IMG/VR virus record: IMGVR_UViG_3300037047_000141
Location: 1 to 41,071 of that record
DNA from: a virus
Lineage: Duplodnaviria > Caudoviricetes
Strand: one strand, 5' to 3'
Length of the DNA stretch: 41,071 bases
Shown: piece by piece, positions 15,921-24,557 of the stretch
Layout of the letters: every line of letters begins with the position of its first letter
Numbering within the stretch: the stretch's first letter is position 1
The notes under the pieces: generated by a model
Databases searched by the model: none
Told to the model about the DNA's origin: nothing
The model's input: only the letters and a program-made list of their open reading frames with translations
Made by a program: the position numbers and the translations under genes

Positions 15921-16378
15921 TGAGAGAAAAAATACTTGATCATTATACCGTGCTTACCGGTTTCTCATATCGGCTTTCCAAAAACCGGGAAGATGCTGAA
16001 GATCTCATTCAGGACACCATTTGCACTGCTCTAACCAATCAGGATAAGTTTAAGGAAGGCACTAACCTCCGGGGATGGCTTTGTACAATCATGCATAACA
16101 TTTTTGTAAACAAGTATCGCCGGAAAAGATTTCTTGATACCGAGAATGAAATGGCTCTTTTAAACCATTCGGTAAACCCCTCAGCTGAGACAATTATCGA
16201 ACTTAAACATGTAATGTCTGCTATTGATCATCTGCCATGCAGAATTCAACGCTCCCTTTCGATGTTTGTAAAAGGCTATAATTATCAGGAGATATCAGAG
16301 GTTGAAGGAAAACCACAGGCAACCATCAGAAACCATGTCTTCCTGGGAAGGCAAATTTTGAAAAATCAATTTAAATAA
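15917..16378 (+). CDS. ECF-type RNA polymerase sigma-70 factor
   Basis: Region 2 DAEDLIQDT...F.EGTNLRGWL.TIM.N.F.N.YR; region 4 GYNYQEISEVEGKPQATIRNHVFLGR. Confidence 0.9.
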   Translation: MMREKILDHYTVLTGFSYRLSKNREDAEDLIQDTICTALTNQDKFKEGTNLRGWLCTIMHNIFVNKYRRKRFLDTENEMALLNHSVNPSAETIIELKHVMSAIDHLPCRIQRSLSMFVKGYNYQEISEVEGKPQATIRNHVFLGRQILKNQFK

Positions 16379-16384
16379 CAAACC

Positions 16385-16669
16385 ATGAAAAGACCAGAAG
16401 CATTCATTAAGATGAAAGCTGAAAAAGAGAATGGGACTCTTACGCAGCTACCTGATTTACATCCAAGTTCTATTCAAGAACCAGACAAGAACTGTAAACA
16501 ATGTGAAGGAACAGGATGGATAATTTACCCACTTGGTCACTTTAAAGAACTTAAAACTACATATCAGTATGATGGACATGATACAACTTTTTGTGCTTGT
16601 ACTTTTTTTACCGAGAAAGAGTTGGCAATTTCAATGATTAGCAAAACTGTTTCAAAGTTGCATATTTAA
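16385..16669 (+). CDS. Zinc-finger hypothetical protein
   Basis: CKQCEGTGW...CAC. Confidence 0.65.
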   Translation: MKRPEAFIKMKAEKENGTLTQLPDLHPSSIQEPDKNCKQCEGTGWIIYPLGHFKELKTTYQYDGHDTTFCACTFFTEKELAISMISKTVSKLHI

Positions 16670-16690
16670 GTTTAATGATACCACGCAAAT

Positions 16691-16743
16691 AAATCACGGA
16701 AAACGTGAGAAAAATCACGAAAACTGTAAATAAAATCACGAAA
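16691..16743. repeat. Three AAATCACG direct repeats at exact 21-bp spacing
   Basis: Copies at 16691, 16712 and 16733; inverted CGTGA at 16704-16708. Confidence 0.85.
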
Positions 16744-16745
16744 AA

Positions 16746-17183
16746 ATGAAAAAATTAACGATTTACATTGCCAGTAGTTGGAAGAACCAGCACGCAGTTG
16801 AGATGCTTACAGCCATTTTAAGAGAGAATGGCCATACAGTCATTTCCTGGGTTGAAAACAACTATGGTGAAGGCCACAACCATGTGACAAAAAAATTTGA
16901 TTTTGAAACCTGGGTTAACTCTAAAGAATCTGAACAATCTTTTCAGTTTGATACTGAAGGAGCAACTACTTCAGATCTGGTCATATATCTTGGACCATCT
17001 GGAAAAGATGCTGCTGCTGAAGTGGGAGCTGCATGGGCAAAAGGAGTTCCTGTCATTGGGCTTTGGGCAAAAGGTGAAGACTTTGGTCTGATGCGAAAAA
17101 TGATAAAGAAGTGGTATGAAAGAGTACCAGATCTTATTAATGAACTGTATCTGTATTCAGTATATGATTCAGTAGAATTTTAA
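16746..17183 (+). CDS. Nucleoside 2-deoxyribosyltransferase-like (Rcl/MilB fold) protein
   Basis: IYIASSW...SDLVIYL.PSG..AAAEVGAAWAKGVPVI with the conserved Glu. Confidence 0.75.
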   Translation: MKKLTIYIASSWKNQHAVEMLTAILRENGHTVISWVENNYGEGHNHVTKKFDFETWVNSKESEQSFQFDTEGATTSDLVIYLGPSGKDAAAEVGAAWAKGVPVIGLWAKGEDFGLMRKMIKKWYERVPDLINELYLYSVYDSVEF

Positions 17184-17186
17184 CCA

Positions 17187-17402
17187 ATGATCGACATTAA
17201 AAAATCAGGTTACCTGGTCGAAATGATGGACGGATCACTCGGAAGGACTATCCATGAAAAAGGTATGGTTAATGGGAAAGTTCCTGTTTACAAAGCCACA
17301 CTTGTCAAAGAATTCAAAGGAACAAAAATACCTCTTTCGTTCTCAGAAGCGGCAATTCTTTGCGATCCGGAAGGCTTAAAACAAATTGGATTCATCGATT
17401 AG
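17187..17402 (+). CDS. Hypothetical protein
   Basis: 71 aa ORF in operon. Confidence 0.65.
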   Translation: MIDIKKSGYLVEMMDGSLGRTIHEKGMVNGKVPVYKATLVKEFKGTKIPLSFSEAAILCDPEGLKQIGFID

Positions 17403-17487
17403 CCACGGACAATAACTGCCAAAGTTATCGAACCACAGACAATTCAGCCAGCGTAAACCTAACTTTGTCAAAATAGTGCAAAATAGT
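17403..17487 (+). promoter_or_regulatory. Candidate middle/late promoter with repeats
   Basis: TAACTTTG at 17460-17467 with no TTTG at -33; CCAC(G/A)GACAAT at 17403 and 17433; CAAAATAGT at 17469 and 17479. Confidence 0.55.
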
Positions 17488-17493
17488 ACACCA

Positions 17494-18969
17494 ATGGAAA
17501 CCACTCTAACCCTATCATCTCGAGTACTCAAAACCGAAAACGTCAACTGGCGTGACTTCAAGTTCATCCAACAGGATAGCTTTAAAGACTTGGATCCTGA
17601 TGCTGCTCACCGCCTCAAAGCATCCATCCTGGCCAACAATTTCACTCAGCCTTTTTACGTGTGGGAAGATCCTGAAAACGGTACTATTTTCTGCCTTGAT
17701 GGCAAACATCGCACCCTGATGCTCGAACAGCTGATCAAGGAAGGCCACACCGTTCCTTATCTACTCCCGGCAACATTCATTCATTGCGAGAACAAAAAGG
17801 AGGCTGCAAAGCTGGTCACGATCTATTCATCCATCTATGCCCGGGTAAGCCAGAAGGGTTTGTTTGACTTCATGAAAGAATATGAGTTGGACTTTGCAGA
17901 GCTTAAAGATCAAATGGATCTTCCGGAATTTGATATGCTTGAAATGATGGAAATGTTAAACCCAACAGATGTAGCTGCCACACAAGCAGCTGAGGCACGG
18001 TCAAGCCTTCAGGAGAAGTTTATCATCCCACCATTCAGCATCTTCGATACAAGGCAGGGTTACTGGATGGACCGGAAGAGAAAATGGATATCACTTGGAC
18101 TGGAGAGTGAGGATGGCAGGGCAGAGGAATTGTTCATGGCAAAGAGTGGCCAGTCCACAGGGATATACAATCTCCGTAACCGGATGAGAGAGGCAACCGG
18201 CCAGGATCCTTCCTGGGATGAAATCCTGAAAGAAGCAAAGAAAAGGGGATTGCATGTATATACCGGGACCAGCATCTTTGATCCGGTATTGACTGAGGTA
18301 GTTTATTCCTGGTTCAACATCCCGGGTGGTGTTATTCTTGATCCATTTGCCGGAGGATCGGTGAGAGGTCTTGTCGCTTCTGAGCTTGGTTTCAATTACA
18401 TCGGCATTGACATACGTCCTGAACAGGTTGAAGCAAACATTCAGCAAGCAATGCTCCTGGGTGCAAAACAAGCTGAATGGATCACTGGAGACAGCAGCCA
18501 ATTGAATGAACTCCTTCCAGAATCATTCCGGGCTGATCTTATTTTCACCTGTCCTCCGTATGCTGACCTTGAAGTTTACTCTGATTTGGAAGGCGACCTT
18601 TCAACCATGGAGTATGATAAGTTCCTTAAAACCTATCAGCAGATCATCAAGCAATCATGTGGCCGGTTAAAAGATGATCGGTTTGCATGTTTTGTCGTTG
18701 GTGATATCCGGGACGAGTCCGGAATTTACAGGAATTTCGTAAGTCAAACTATCGAGGCATTCCTGGAGTCAGGTATGGTACTGTATAACGAGATCATCCT
18801 GATCAATGTTGCCGGCAGTCTCCCGGTTCGGGTCGGTCGGCAGATGGCCAACAGCAGGAAGGTTGGCAAGATGCATCAGAATGTATTGGTGTTTTACAAA
18901 GGTGACTCCAAAAAAATAAAGGAGAATTTTCCAGAAATTGAGGTAAAAGAAATGTCGGAAAATGCTTGA
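17494..18969 (+). CDS. ParB/Srx-like domain fused to an amino-DNA methyltransferase (start revised to ATG 17494)
   Basis: N-terminal LKASI..NNFTQPF.VW...LDGKHR; ILDPFAGGS motif I; FTCPPY motif IV; KMHQNVLVFYKG. Confidence 0.88.
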   Translation: METTLTLSSRVLKTENVNWRDFKFIQQDSFKDLDPDAAHRLKASILANNFTQPFYVWEDPENGTIFCLDGKHRTLMLEQLIKEGHTVPYLLPATFIHCENKKEAAKLVTIYSSIYARVSQKGLFDFMKEYELDFAELKDQMDLPEFDMLEMMEMLNPTDVAATQAAEARSSLQEKFIIPPFSIFDTRQGYWMDRKRKWISLGLESEDGRAEELFMAKSGQSTGIYNLRNRMREATGQDPSWDEILKEAKKRGLHVYTGTSIFDPVLTEVVYSWFNIPGGVILDPFAGGSVRGLVASELGFNYIGIDIRPEQVEANIQQAMLLGAKQAEWITGDSSQLNELLPESFRADLIFTCPPYADLEVYSDLEGDLSTMEYDKFLKTYQQIIKQSCGRLKDDRFACFVVGDIRDESGIYRNFVSQTIEAFLESGMVLYNEIILINVAGSLPVRVGRQMANSRKVGKMHQNVLVFYKGDSKKIKENFPEIEVKEMSENA

Positions 18970-18984
18970 TTCTTCAGAAATATC

Positions 18985-19165
18985 AACCCAATATTGTATT
19001 GTCTTTCAGCCCTTTGGGCTTAGTGAAAGACTGGGTTTATGTTGTATTTTCTTTCCTCCTAAAGAGGGTTCTTTTGAGAAGTTTTTTACCATGAGAAAAA
19101 ACACTGAAAAGAAAAGATTTCGCGATCTCTAAGATTTTAGCGTCTATGAAAATGGACGCTAAAAT
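18985..19165. other. Highly structured intergenic element (candidate ncRNA, leader or packaging site)
   Basis: Several nested stems, a 4-way junction and a 14-bp stem with a GAAA tetraloop (see findings). Confidence 0.5.
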
Positions 19166-19197
19166 TGTTCTTATGGACTCTGAAATAATTGATCAAA

Positions 19198-19617
19198 ATG
19201 ACAGGACAAAAGTCAACCAAAGTTGAAACCGATAAACGAATTAGAGCTGTCCAGGAATGGATGATGCAAGGCATTACCTCAGCTGACATTGTTCGCCAAG
19301 TCATGGTCAAGTATGATTTGAAAGAACGGCAGGCTTATAAGTATATCCATAAAGCATACGATGCATTCCGGGAGCAATCAGAAAAAGACATCGAAGCCAG
19401 GAGGCAGTTCCATATTCATTCCAGACTCAAATTATTCCGGGATCTTCAGGACAAAAAATCAAGCAAGCCAGCCGGTACTGCTCTGGCCATACTTCAGGAT
19501 ATCGCAAAACTCGAAGGCCTTTATGTTGAGAGAACAGAGGTCATCATAAACGATAAAAATAGAATAGCAGCATTGTTCCCCACTGAAGAGGAGTTGAATG
19601 AGCAAGAAACTGATTAA
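19198..19617 (+). CDS. terS: Terminase small subunit (start revised to ATG 19198)
   Basis: N-terminal HTH (ERQAYKYI), LQDIAKLEGLY motif; directly upstream of and overlapping terL. Confidence 0.75.
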   Translation: MTGQKSTKVETDKRIRAVQEWMMQGITSADIVRQVMVKYDLKERQAYKYIHKAYDAFREQSEKDIEARRQFHIHSRLKLFRDLQDKKSSKPAGTALAILQDIAKLEGLYVERTEVIINDKNRIAALFPTEEELNEQETD

Positions 19618-20746
19618 TAAGAATTTCAAAGCTCTTGTCAATGCTTACAATTCAGGAATGAGGGGTGTTGTTTTAGAGGGTTCCAGCCGGTCCGGGAAGA
19701 CTTGGGCAGGGATTGACTTTGAACTTTATCTGACATCCCATGCCTCCGAGAGGATAGTAATTAACAATGTCCGGGAAACATACAACAGTTTCAAGACTAC
19801 CCTTTTCGATGACTTTGATAAACGGTTGAACCAAATCAACCTTAAGTCTCCATTCCAAAATCAAGACGTTACCAGCTTCAATCTTTTGGGGAACAAAGTC
19901 AACTTCATGGGAGCTGACAAGGTCGGAAAGTTTCACGGAGCTGGCTCAGATTTCTTTTTTATAAATGAGGTATTGAGTGGTATTGAAAAAGAATTCTTTA
20001 ACCAATTGGAACAGCGTTGCAGGAAGTTTTGGTGGTTGGATTACAACCCATCGGCATCTGATCATTGGGTTTTTGATCTTGAGAAACGTCCTGATGTCCT
20101 TTTCGTGAAGTCAACCTTCCTGGATAATCCTTTTATCTCAAAACATGAGAAGGCTAAGATTCTCAGCTATGATCCCGGGAATCCTGTGAACATCGTTAAT
20201 GGCACAGCTGATGACTATATGTGGAAGGTCTATGGTCTGGGGCTCAGAGCCACTCCTGAAGGATTGATTTATACCGTTAAATGGATTGATGAATTACCGG
20301 AAGAATTTGAGTCAGAGTTTTATGGTGTCGACTGGGGATACACGATAGACCCGACAGCCATAGTTCGGATCAGGATTTCTGGCCGGAATTTGTATGCAAA
20401 GGTGCTCACCTACACACCTATTGAATCGGATGATGAATGTCTTGAGGTAATCAGGAAGATCGATGCAAAGGGTGAGTATTGGGCTGATAGTGAAAACCTG
20501 ACCAGGATTGCCCACATCAGAAGGGGAGGAATTAATATCTTCCCGGCCAAGACAAAGAAGATCAAGTTCGGGATTGGTAAGGTTAAGAATTTCAACATTC
20601 ACCTGGTCCGGGATCCAGCAGCTAAAAAGGAAGCCGAAAATTACAAGTGGCGGATGATCGATGGCATCCAACTGAATGAGCCGGTCGACAAACACAATCA
20701 CATGTGGGATGCTATCAGGTATGGAGCGGTGAGTAATTGTGAATGA
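19598..20746 (+). CDS. terL: Terminase large subunit (PBSX/SPP1-like)
   Basis: GSSRSGKT Walker A, FFINE, DYNP, STFLDNPF, YGVDWGY..DP, NHMWDAIRY. Confidence 0.95.
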   Translation: MSKKLINKNFKALVNAYNSGMRGVVLEGSSRSGKTWAGIDFELYLTSHASERIVINNVRETYNSFKTTLFDDFDKRLNQINLKSPFQNQDVTSFNLLGNKVNFMGADKVGKFHGAGSDFFFINEVLSGIEKEFFNQLEQRCRKFWWLDYNPSASDHWVFDLEKRPDVLFVKSTFLDNPFISKHEKAKILSYDPGNPVNIVNGTADDYMWKVYGLGLRATPEGLIYTVKWIDELPEEFESEFYGVDWGYTIDPTAIVRIRISGRNLYAKVLTYTPIESDDECLEVIRKIDAKGEYWADSENLTRIAHIRRGGINIFPAKTKKIKFGIGKVKNFNIHLVRDPAAKKEAENYKWRMIDGIQLNEPVDKHNHMWDAIRYGAVSNCE

Positions 20747-20770
20747 AAGCTGCCCCGGGGTGGCTTTTTT
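20746..20770 (+). terminator. Intrinsic terminator after terL
   Basis: AAAGCTGCC-ccgg-GGTGGCTTT stem followed by a T-run. Confidence 0.75.
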
Positions 20771-20830
20771 CATTTTATAACTCACCCCCTTATTTCAATA
20801 ACTTTCAAAATATCCCCATTTTTTAGTATA

Positions 20831-20838
20831 TATATTTG
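20831..20838 (+). promoter_or_regulatory. -7 element of the structural-operon promoter
   Basis: TATATTTG 12 nt before the portal ATG; no consensus -33 element. Confidence 0.55.
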
Positions 20839-20850
20839 ACGAGCTCTTAA

Positions 20851-22296
20851 ATGCTCACCATGGCCTCCTTCTCATTCAAGTCTCTTTTTGGCTTCAATTC
20901 ACCTGCCAGATCTGTCGTGAAAGACAAGGATGGTAAATTTTTCTACGCTTTTGGATTCCCAAAAACAGTCCAGGATACAGTTACCATCATGGGGCAAAGC
21001 TCAGCTTATAACATCTGCCCTGCGGTAAATGGAATCATCAACCGTAAGGCCAGAGCATTCACAAACGGCAAATGGTGGATACTGGACAAAGAAGGAAATG
21101 AAGCCACAGGATCCGCAGCTTCTAAAGTGAGTGTTATTCAGAAACTACTCAAGAGACCAAACCCCCTTCAGAACTGGAATCAATTCATGGCTCAGGCCAA
21201 GGTATATGAGCAGGTTTATGGGGAGGTTTTCATTTTCTCAATTATCCCGGCTGGTTTCACTGACAAGACTAAGGTGAAGGCTCTATGGGTAGTTCCAAAC
21301 TGGATCATCAATGTTAAGCTCACCGGCAAGCATTATTTTCAAACCGAACTGGATGATATCATTGAAGGTTATGATATCAGCATCAATGGATCGAAAACCG
21401 ATTTGCCTAAAGGCAGTGTGATTCACATCCGGGACATCAATCAAAATTCCACTGATGTCATCAGGGGACAGAGTAGGCTTGCATCCCTCCAGGACCCAAT
21501 ATCAAACATTATCGCTGCTTATGAAGCGAGGAATGTTCTCATCACTCGAAAGGGAGCCCTCGGGATACTGTCTAATCAAACAAGAGATGCCGCTGGTGCA
21601 GTTCCGTTGAAGGATACTGATAAAGATGAAGTACAGAATGACTTCAGGAAATATGGTCTTGGAAAGGATCAGTATCAGGTGATCATCACCAATGCCAATT
21701 TGAAGTGGCAGCCTATGACATTCCCGACCCGGGATCTGATGCTATTTGAAGAAATCGAGGACGATGTCAGGCAGATTGCTGACAACTTCGATTATCCAAT
21801 GTATCTGCTTGGATTCAAAGCTGGCTCAACATTCTCAAATGTTGGTGAAGCCAAAAAGTCCTTATATCAGGATACCATCATCCCGGAGGCTGAAGGATGG
21901 GCTGAGGTATTTACTACCTTCTTTGAGCTTGAAGATATTGGGTTGAGGCTTTCTGTTTATTATGATCATCTCGATGTTTTCCAACAGTCAGAGAAAGAAA
22001 AGGCTGATGCTCTTCTATCAAAAGTAAATGCAAATTTACCACTCCTGGAAAAGAATCTCATCACCCTCAATCAGTTCATGGTTAACCTTGACTTTGATAA
22101 CCGTGGTACTGAAGGAGATAAATACCTGAGCGAAATTCAATCCATGCCACTAGCTGTGAAGCTCGGCGTTGGAGGTACTCAGGCAATGCAGGCAATTCTT
22201 GCCGATACAAATATCCCGGATAATCGTAAACGTCAAATTTTAATCATTCTGTTTGGAATGTCCGAACAGGATGCTAATGCGATAATGTCGTCATAA
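20851..22296 (+). CDS. Portal protein (HK97 family)
   Basis: LLKRPNPLQ, VIHIRD, GQSRLASL, TFSNVGEA, LYQDTIIPEA motifs; alternative ATG at 20860. Confidence 0.93.
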   Translation: MLTMASFSFKSLFGFNSPARSVVKDKDGKFFYAFGFPKTVQDTVTIMGQSSAYNICPAVNGIINRKARAFTNGKWWILDKEGNEATGSAASKVSVIQKLLKRPNPLQNWNQFMAQAKVYEQVYGEVFIFSIIPAGFTDKTKVKALWVVPNWIINVKLTGKHYFQTELDDIIEGYDISINGSKTDLPKGSVIHIRDINQNSTDVIRGQSRLASLQDPISNIIAAYEARNVLITRKGALGILSNQTRDAAGAVPLKDTDKDEVQNDFRKYGLGKDQYQVIITNANLKWQPMTFPTRDLMLFEEIEDDVRQIADNFDYPMYLLGFKAGSTFSNVGEAKKSLYQDTIIPEAEGWAEVFTTFFELEDIGLRLSVYYDHLDVFQQSEKEKADALLSKVNANLPLLEKNLITLNQFMVNLDFDNRGTEGDKYLSEIQSMPLAVKLGVGGTQAMQAILADTNIPDNRKRQILIILFGMSEQDANAIMSS

Positions 22297-22297
22297 A

Positions 22298-23110
22298 ATG
22301 GACAATCTAACAGTTGAAAAGAAATTGGAGCTTTTAAAAGCTAAGCAACGGATCAAGGCAGCTCTTGCCTCCCGGCCAGTGATTTATAAAAGCTTTTCAG
22401 CAGAGATAAAATCTGCTGACACTGAAACCCGGATCGTGTCTGGCTACCTGACATCATTCAATAAAATGCAGGATGATGGTGATGTACTGATCAAAGGTTG
22501 CTTTGCAAAGTCGATTCTTGAACGCGGTCCTGAATCAAAAACAGCCCGGAAAATCGCTTACCTATACATGCATGACATGAAGGATCCTATCGGACACTTC
22601 ACAGTGCTAAAGGAAGATGACTTCGGATTGTACTTTGAAGCTTACATTGACAAAATCCCTCAGGGAGATCGCGTACTAGAGCAGTACAATTCCGGGACTC
22701 TTAACCAGCATTCCATTGGTCTCAGATACGTATGGGATAAATGCCAGTGGGGAGAATGGACACTTCCTGATGGAACGACTACCGATGCTTTCATATGCTA
22801 TGAATTACTCCTGTTTGAAGGCAGTGTCGTAACGATGGGTAGCGATGAGAATACTCCATTTTTGGGAATGAAGGCCGAAACAATTGAATCGGAGCGCAAT
22901 GCTCTGAGCCGTGAAACTGAACGTATCCTCAAGGGATTAGACCCTGAGTCACAATACGAGATTCGTAAACTTATCACAAAGCATGTTTCACTTGCCGAAA
23001 CTGAGCCGCAAACAGCACTCAAGGAAAAGGGCAAGCCGGAACCGGTTGACTATGATAAGGTTGCGAAAGCACTTGAAATCAAATTTTTAACTAATCAACT
23101 AATCAACTAA
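22298..23110 (+). CDS. HK97-family prohead protease
   Basis: GYLTSFN..D.DGDV..KGCFAKS, LYMHD...PIG, EDDFGLYFEA, HSIG, LFEGSVVTMGS. Confidence 0.93.
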   Translation: MDNLTVEKKLELLKAKQRIKAALASRPVIYKSFSAEIKSADTETRIVSGYLTSFNKMQDDGDVLIKGCFAKSILERGPESKTARKIAYLYMHDMKDPIGHFTVLKEDDFGLYFEAYIDKIPQGDRVLEQYNSGTLNQHSIGLRYVWDKCQWGEWTLPDGTTTDAFICYELLLFEGSVVTMGSDENTPFLGMKAETIESERNALSRETERILKGLDPESQYEIRKLITKHVSLAETEPQTALKEKGKPEPVDYDKVAKALEIKFLTNQLIN

Positions 23111-23111
23111 A

Positions 23112-24503
23112 ATGAAAAAGCTTAAAGAACAAAGAACGAGGAAACTCCTGTTTCTTTCTGTGATGATCCTGTCAATTGTGGCCGCAATGGCATTTATGAC
23201 AGCACCCGAAAAGGCTTTTGGTGCTACCACCGCAATGGCTATTGTCGTCGGAGGTGTTACTCTGGAGGGCAAAGAAGAAGCGATGTATAAATCTCTTGCC
23301 GATGTGATCGAGAAGCAAAAGGAGAAGTACGACAAAGAGTATATCTCTGAGCAGAAAATGCTGGACACTATTGCGGAAAAGATCAAGGCCTCGAAAATTA
23401 ACTTTGCGGACGATGAAGAATTTAAGAAGCTAAATTCTATCATTGAAAAGCAGGGACTTGAAATTGTAGCCCTCAAAGATGTCGGAAGTAAACAGCCGGT
23501 ATTCAAATCATTCGAAGACCAAATCAAAGATCAGATCAAAGAAAAGAGCCTGATCGATGCTGTTAAATCAGCACCGGGTCAGAAACTGAAAATTGAACTG
23601 AAGGCTGCAAACGTGCCGATAACTACGGCCAATGCTGTCAATCCGGCAAGTGCATACATCCCAATGCCAACAATGGACTCGGCATGGGACAGAGCTCCAC
23701 GTTTGGCAAGGTTCCTCAGGATGTTCGCTTCTGTAGCTACCACCTCCAGTCCTCTTCATGTGTGGGCTGAAAAATTCAATGAGCAGGGAGATGCTGAGTT
23801 CATCGGTGAAGGTGAACTCAAACCAATGATCTCCTTCCAGATCAAGACACGTGATTCAAAGGCAAAGAAAATAGCCGTTGGAGCCAAGTTCACAACTGAG
23901 ACTTTGCAGGATATCCCCAATTTCGTGGCTGAACTCAAGAGTGAAATCCTTGAGGTAGTTGATATCAAAGAAGAAGCTGGACTTCTAAATGGTGATGGTA
24001 TCGGGGACAATCTGTTAGGAGTGATTCAACAGGCTACTACCTATGTTCTCACTACTATCTTTACCAGGGGTGCAAATAACTTCGATGCTATGAAGGCAGC
24101 AATTACCCAATTGTTTACCCTCAGCCAGATTCCTAATGTTGTTTTTGTGAACCCGATTGATAAGGCCAACATGGAGCTTACCAAAGCTTCTGATGGTCAT
24201 TACATCCTGCCTCCGTTCAGTACTGCAGATGGTACTATTATCTCCGGTGTTCGTGTGGTTGAATCAAACTCAGTTGCTGTAGGTAAATTCCTGCTTGGTG
24301 ACTGGACAAAGCTCAACATCCGCGATTACATTGCTTTCGAGATCACTCTTGGTTGGGAAAATGATGACTTCACAAAGAACCTGGTTACTGTTCTTGGTGA
24401 AAAGAGGCTCATGTCTTACATCAAAGAACATCAGAAGACTGCATTCCTCTATGGTGATTTTGCAACTATAAAGGCTGCGATCGAGGAAGAAGTTGGAGGA
24501 TAA
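23112..24503 (+). CDS. Major capsid protein (HK97 fold) with hydrophobic N-terminal extension
   Basis: FIGEGELKP, KKIAV, LLNGDG..DNLLGV, ISGVRVVES, LLGDW, DDFTKNLVTVLGEKR; coiled-coil delta region. Confidence 0.93.
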   Translation: MKKLKEQRTRKLLFLSVMILSIVAAMAFMTAPEKAFGATTAMAIVVGGVTLEGKEEAMYKSLADVIEKQKEKYDKEYISEQKMLDTIAEKIKASKINFADDEEFKKLNSIIEKQGLEIVALKDVGSKQPVFKSFEDQIKDQIKEKSLIDAVKSAPGQKLKIELKAANVPITTANAVNPASAYIPMPTMDSAWDRAPRLARFLRMFASVATTSSPLHVWAEKFNEQGDAEFIGEGELKPMISFQIKTRDSKAKKIAVGAKFTTETLQDIPNFVAELKSEILEVVDIKEEAGLLNGDGIGDNLLGVIQQATTYVLTTIFTRGANNFDAMKAAITQLFTLSQIPNVVFVNPIDKANMELTKASDGHYILPPFSTADGTIISGVRVVESNSVAVGKFLLGDWTKLNIRDYIAFEITLGWENDDFTKNLVTVLGEKRLMSYIKEHQKTAFLYGDFATIKAAIEEEVGG

Positions 24504-24557
24504 CTTTCCTCATGCATTACGACTTTCCCTTATTAATCTTTAATCAATAATCTAATC

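Noticed and set aside
16691-16745. Mini CRISPR array
   Set aside because: Repeats of 8-11 nt and spacers of about 10-13 nt are far too short; there are no cas genes, and the Cas4-like gene is a recombination exonuclease.
19007-19132. Short ORFs in the structured spacer (28 aa on -, 13 aa on +) as type I toxins or leader peptides
   Set aside because: Not hydrophobic, and no supporting signals.
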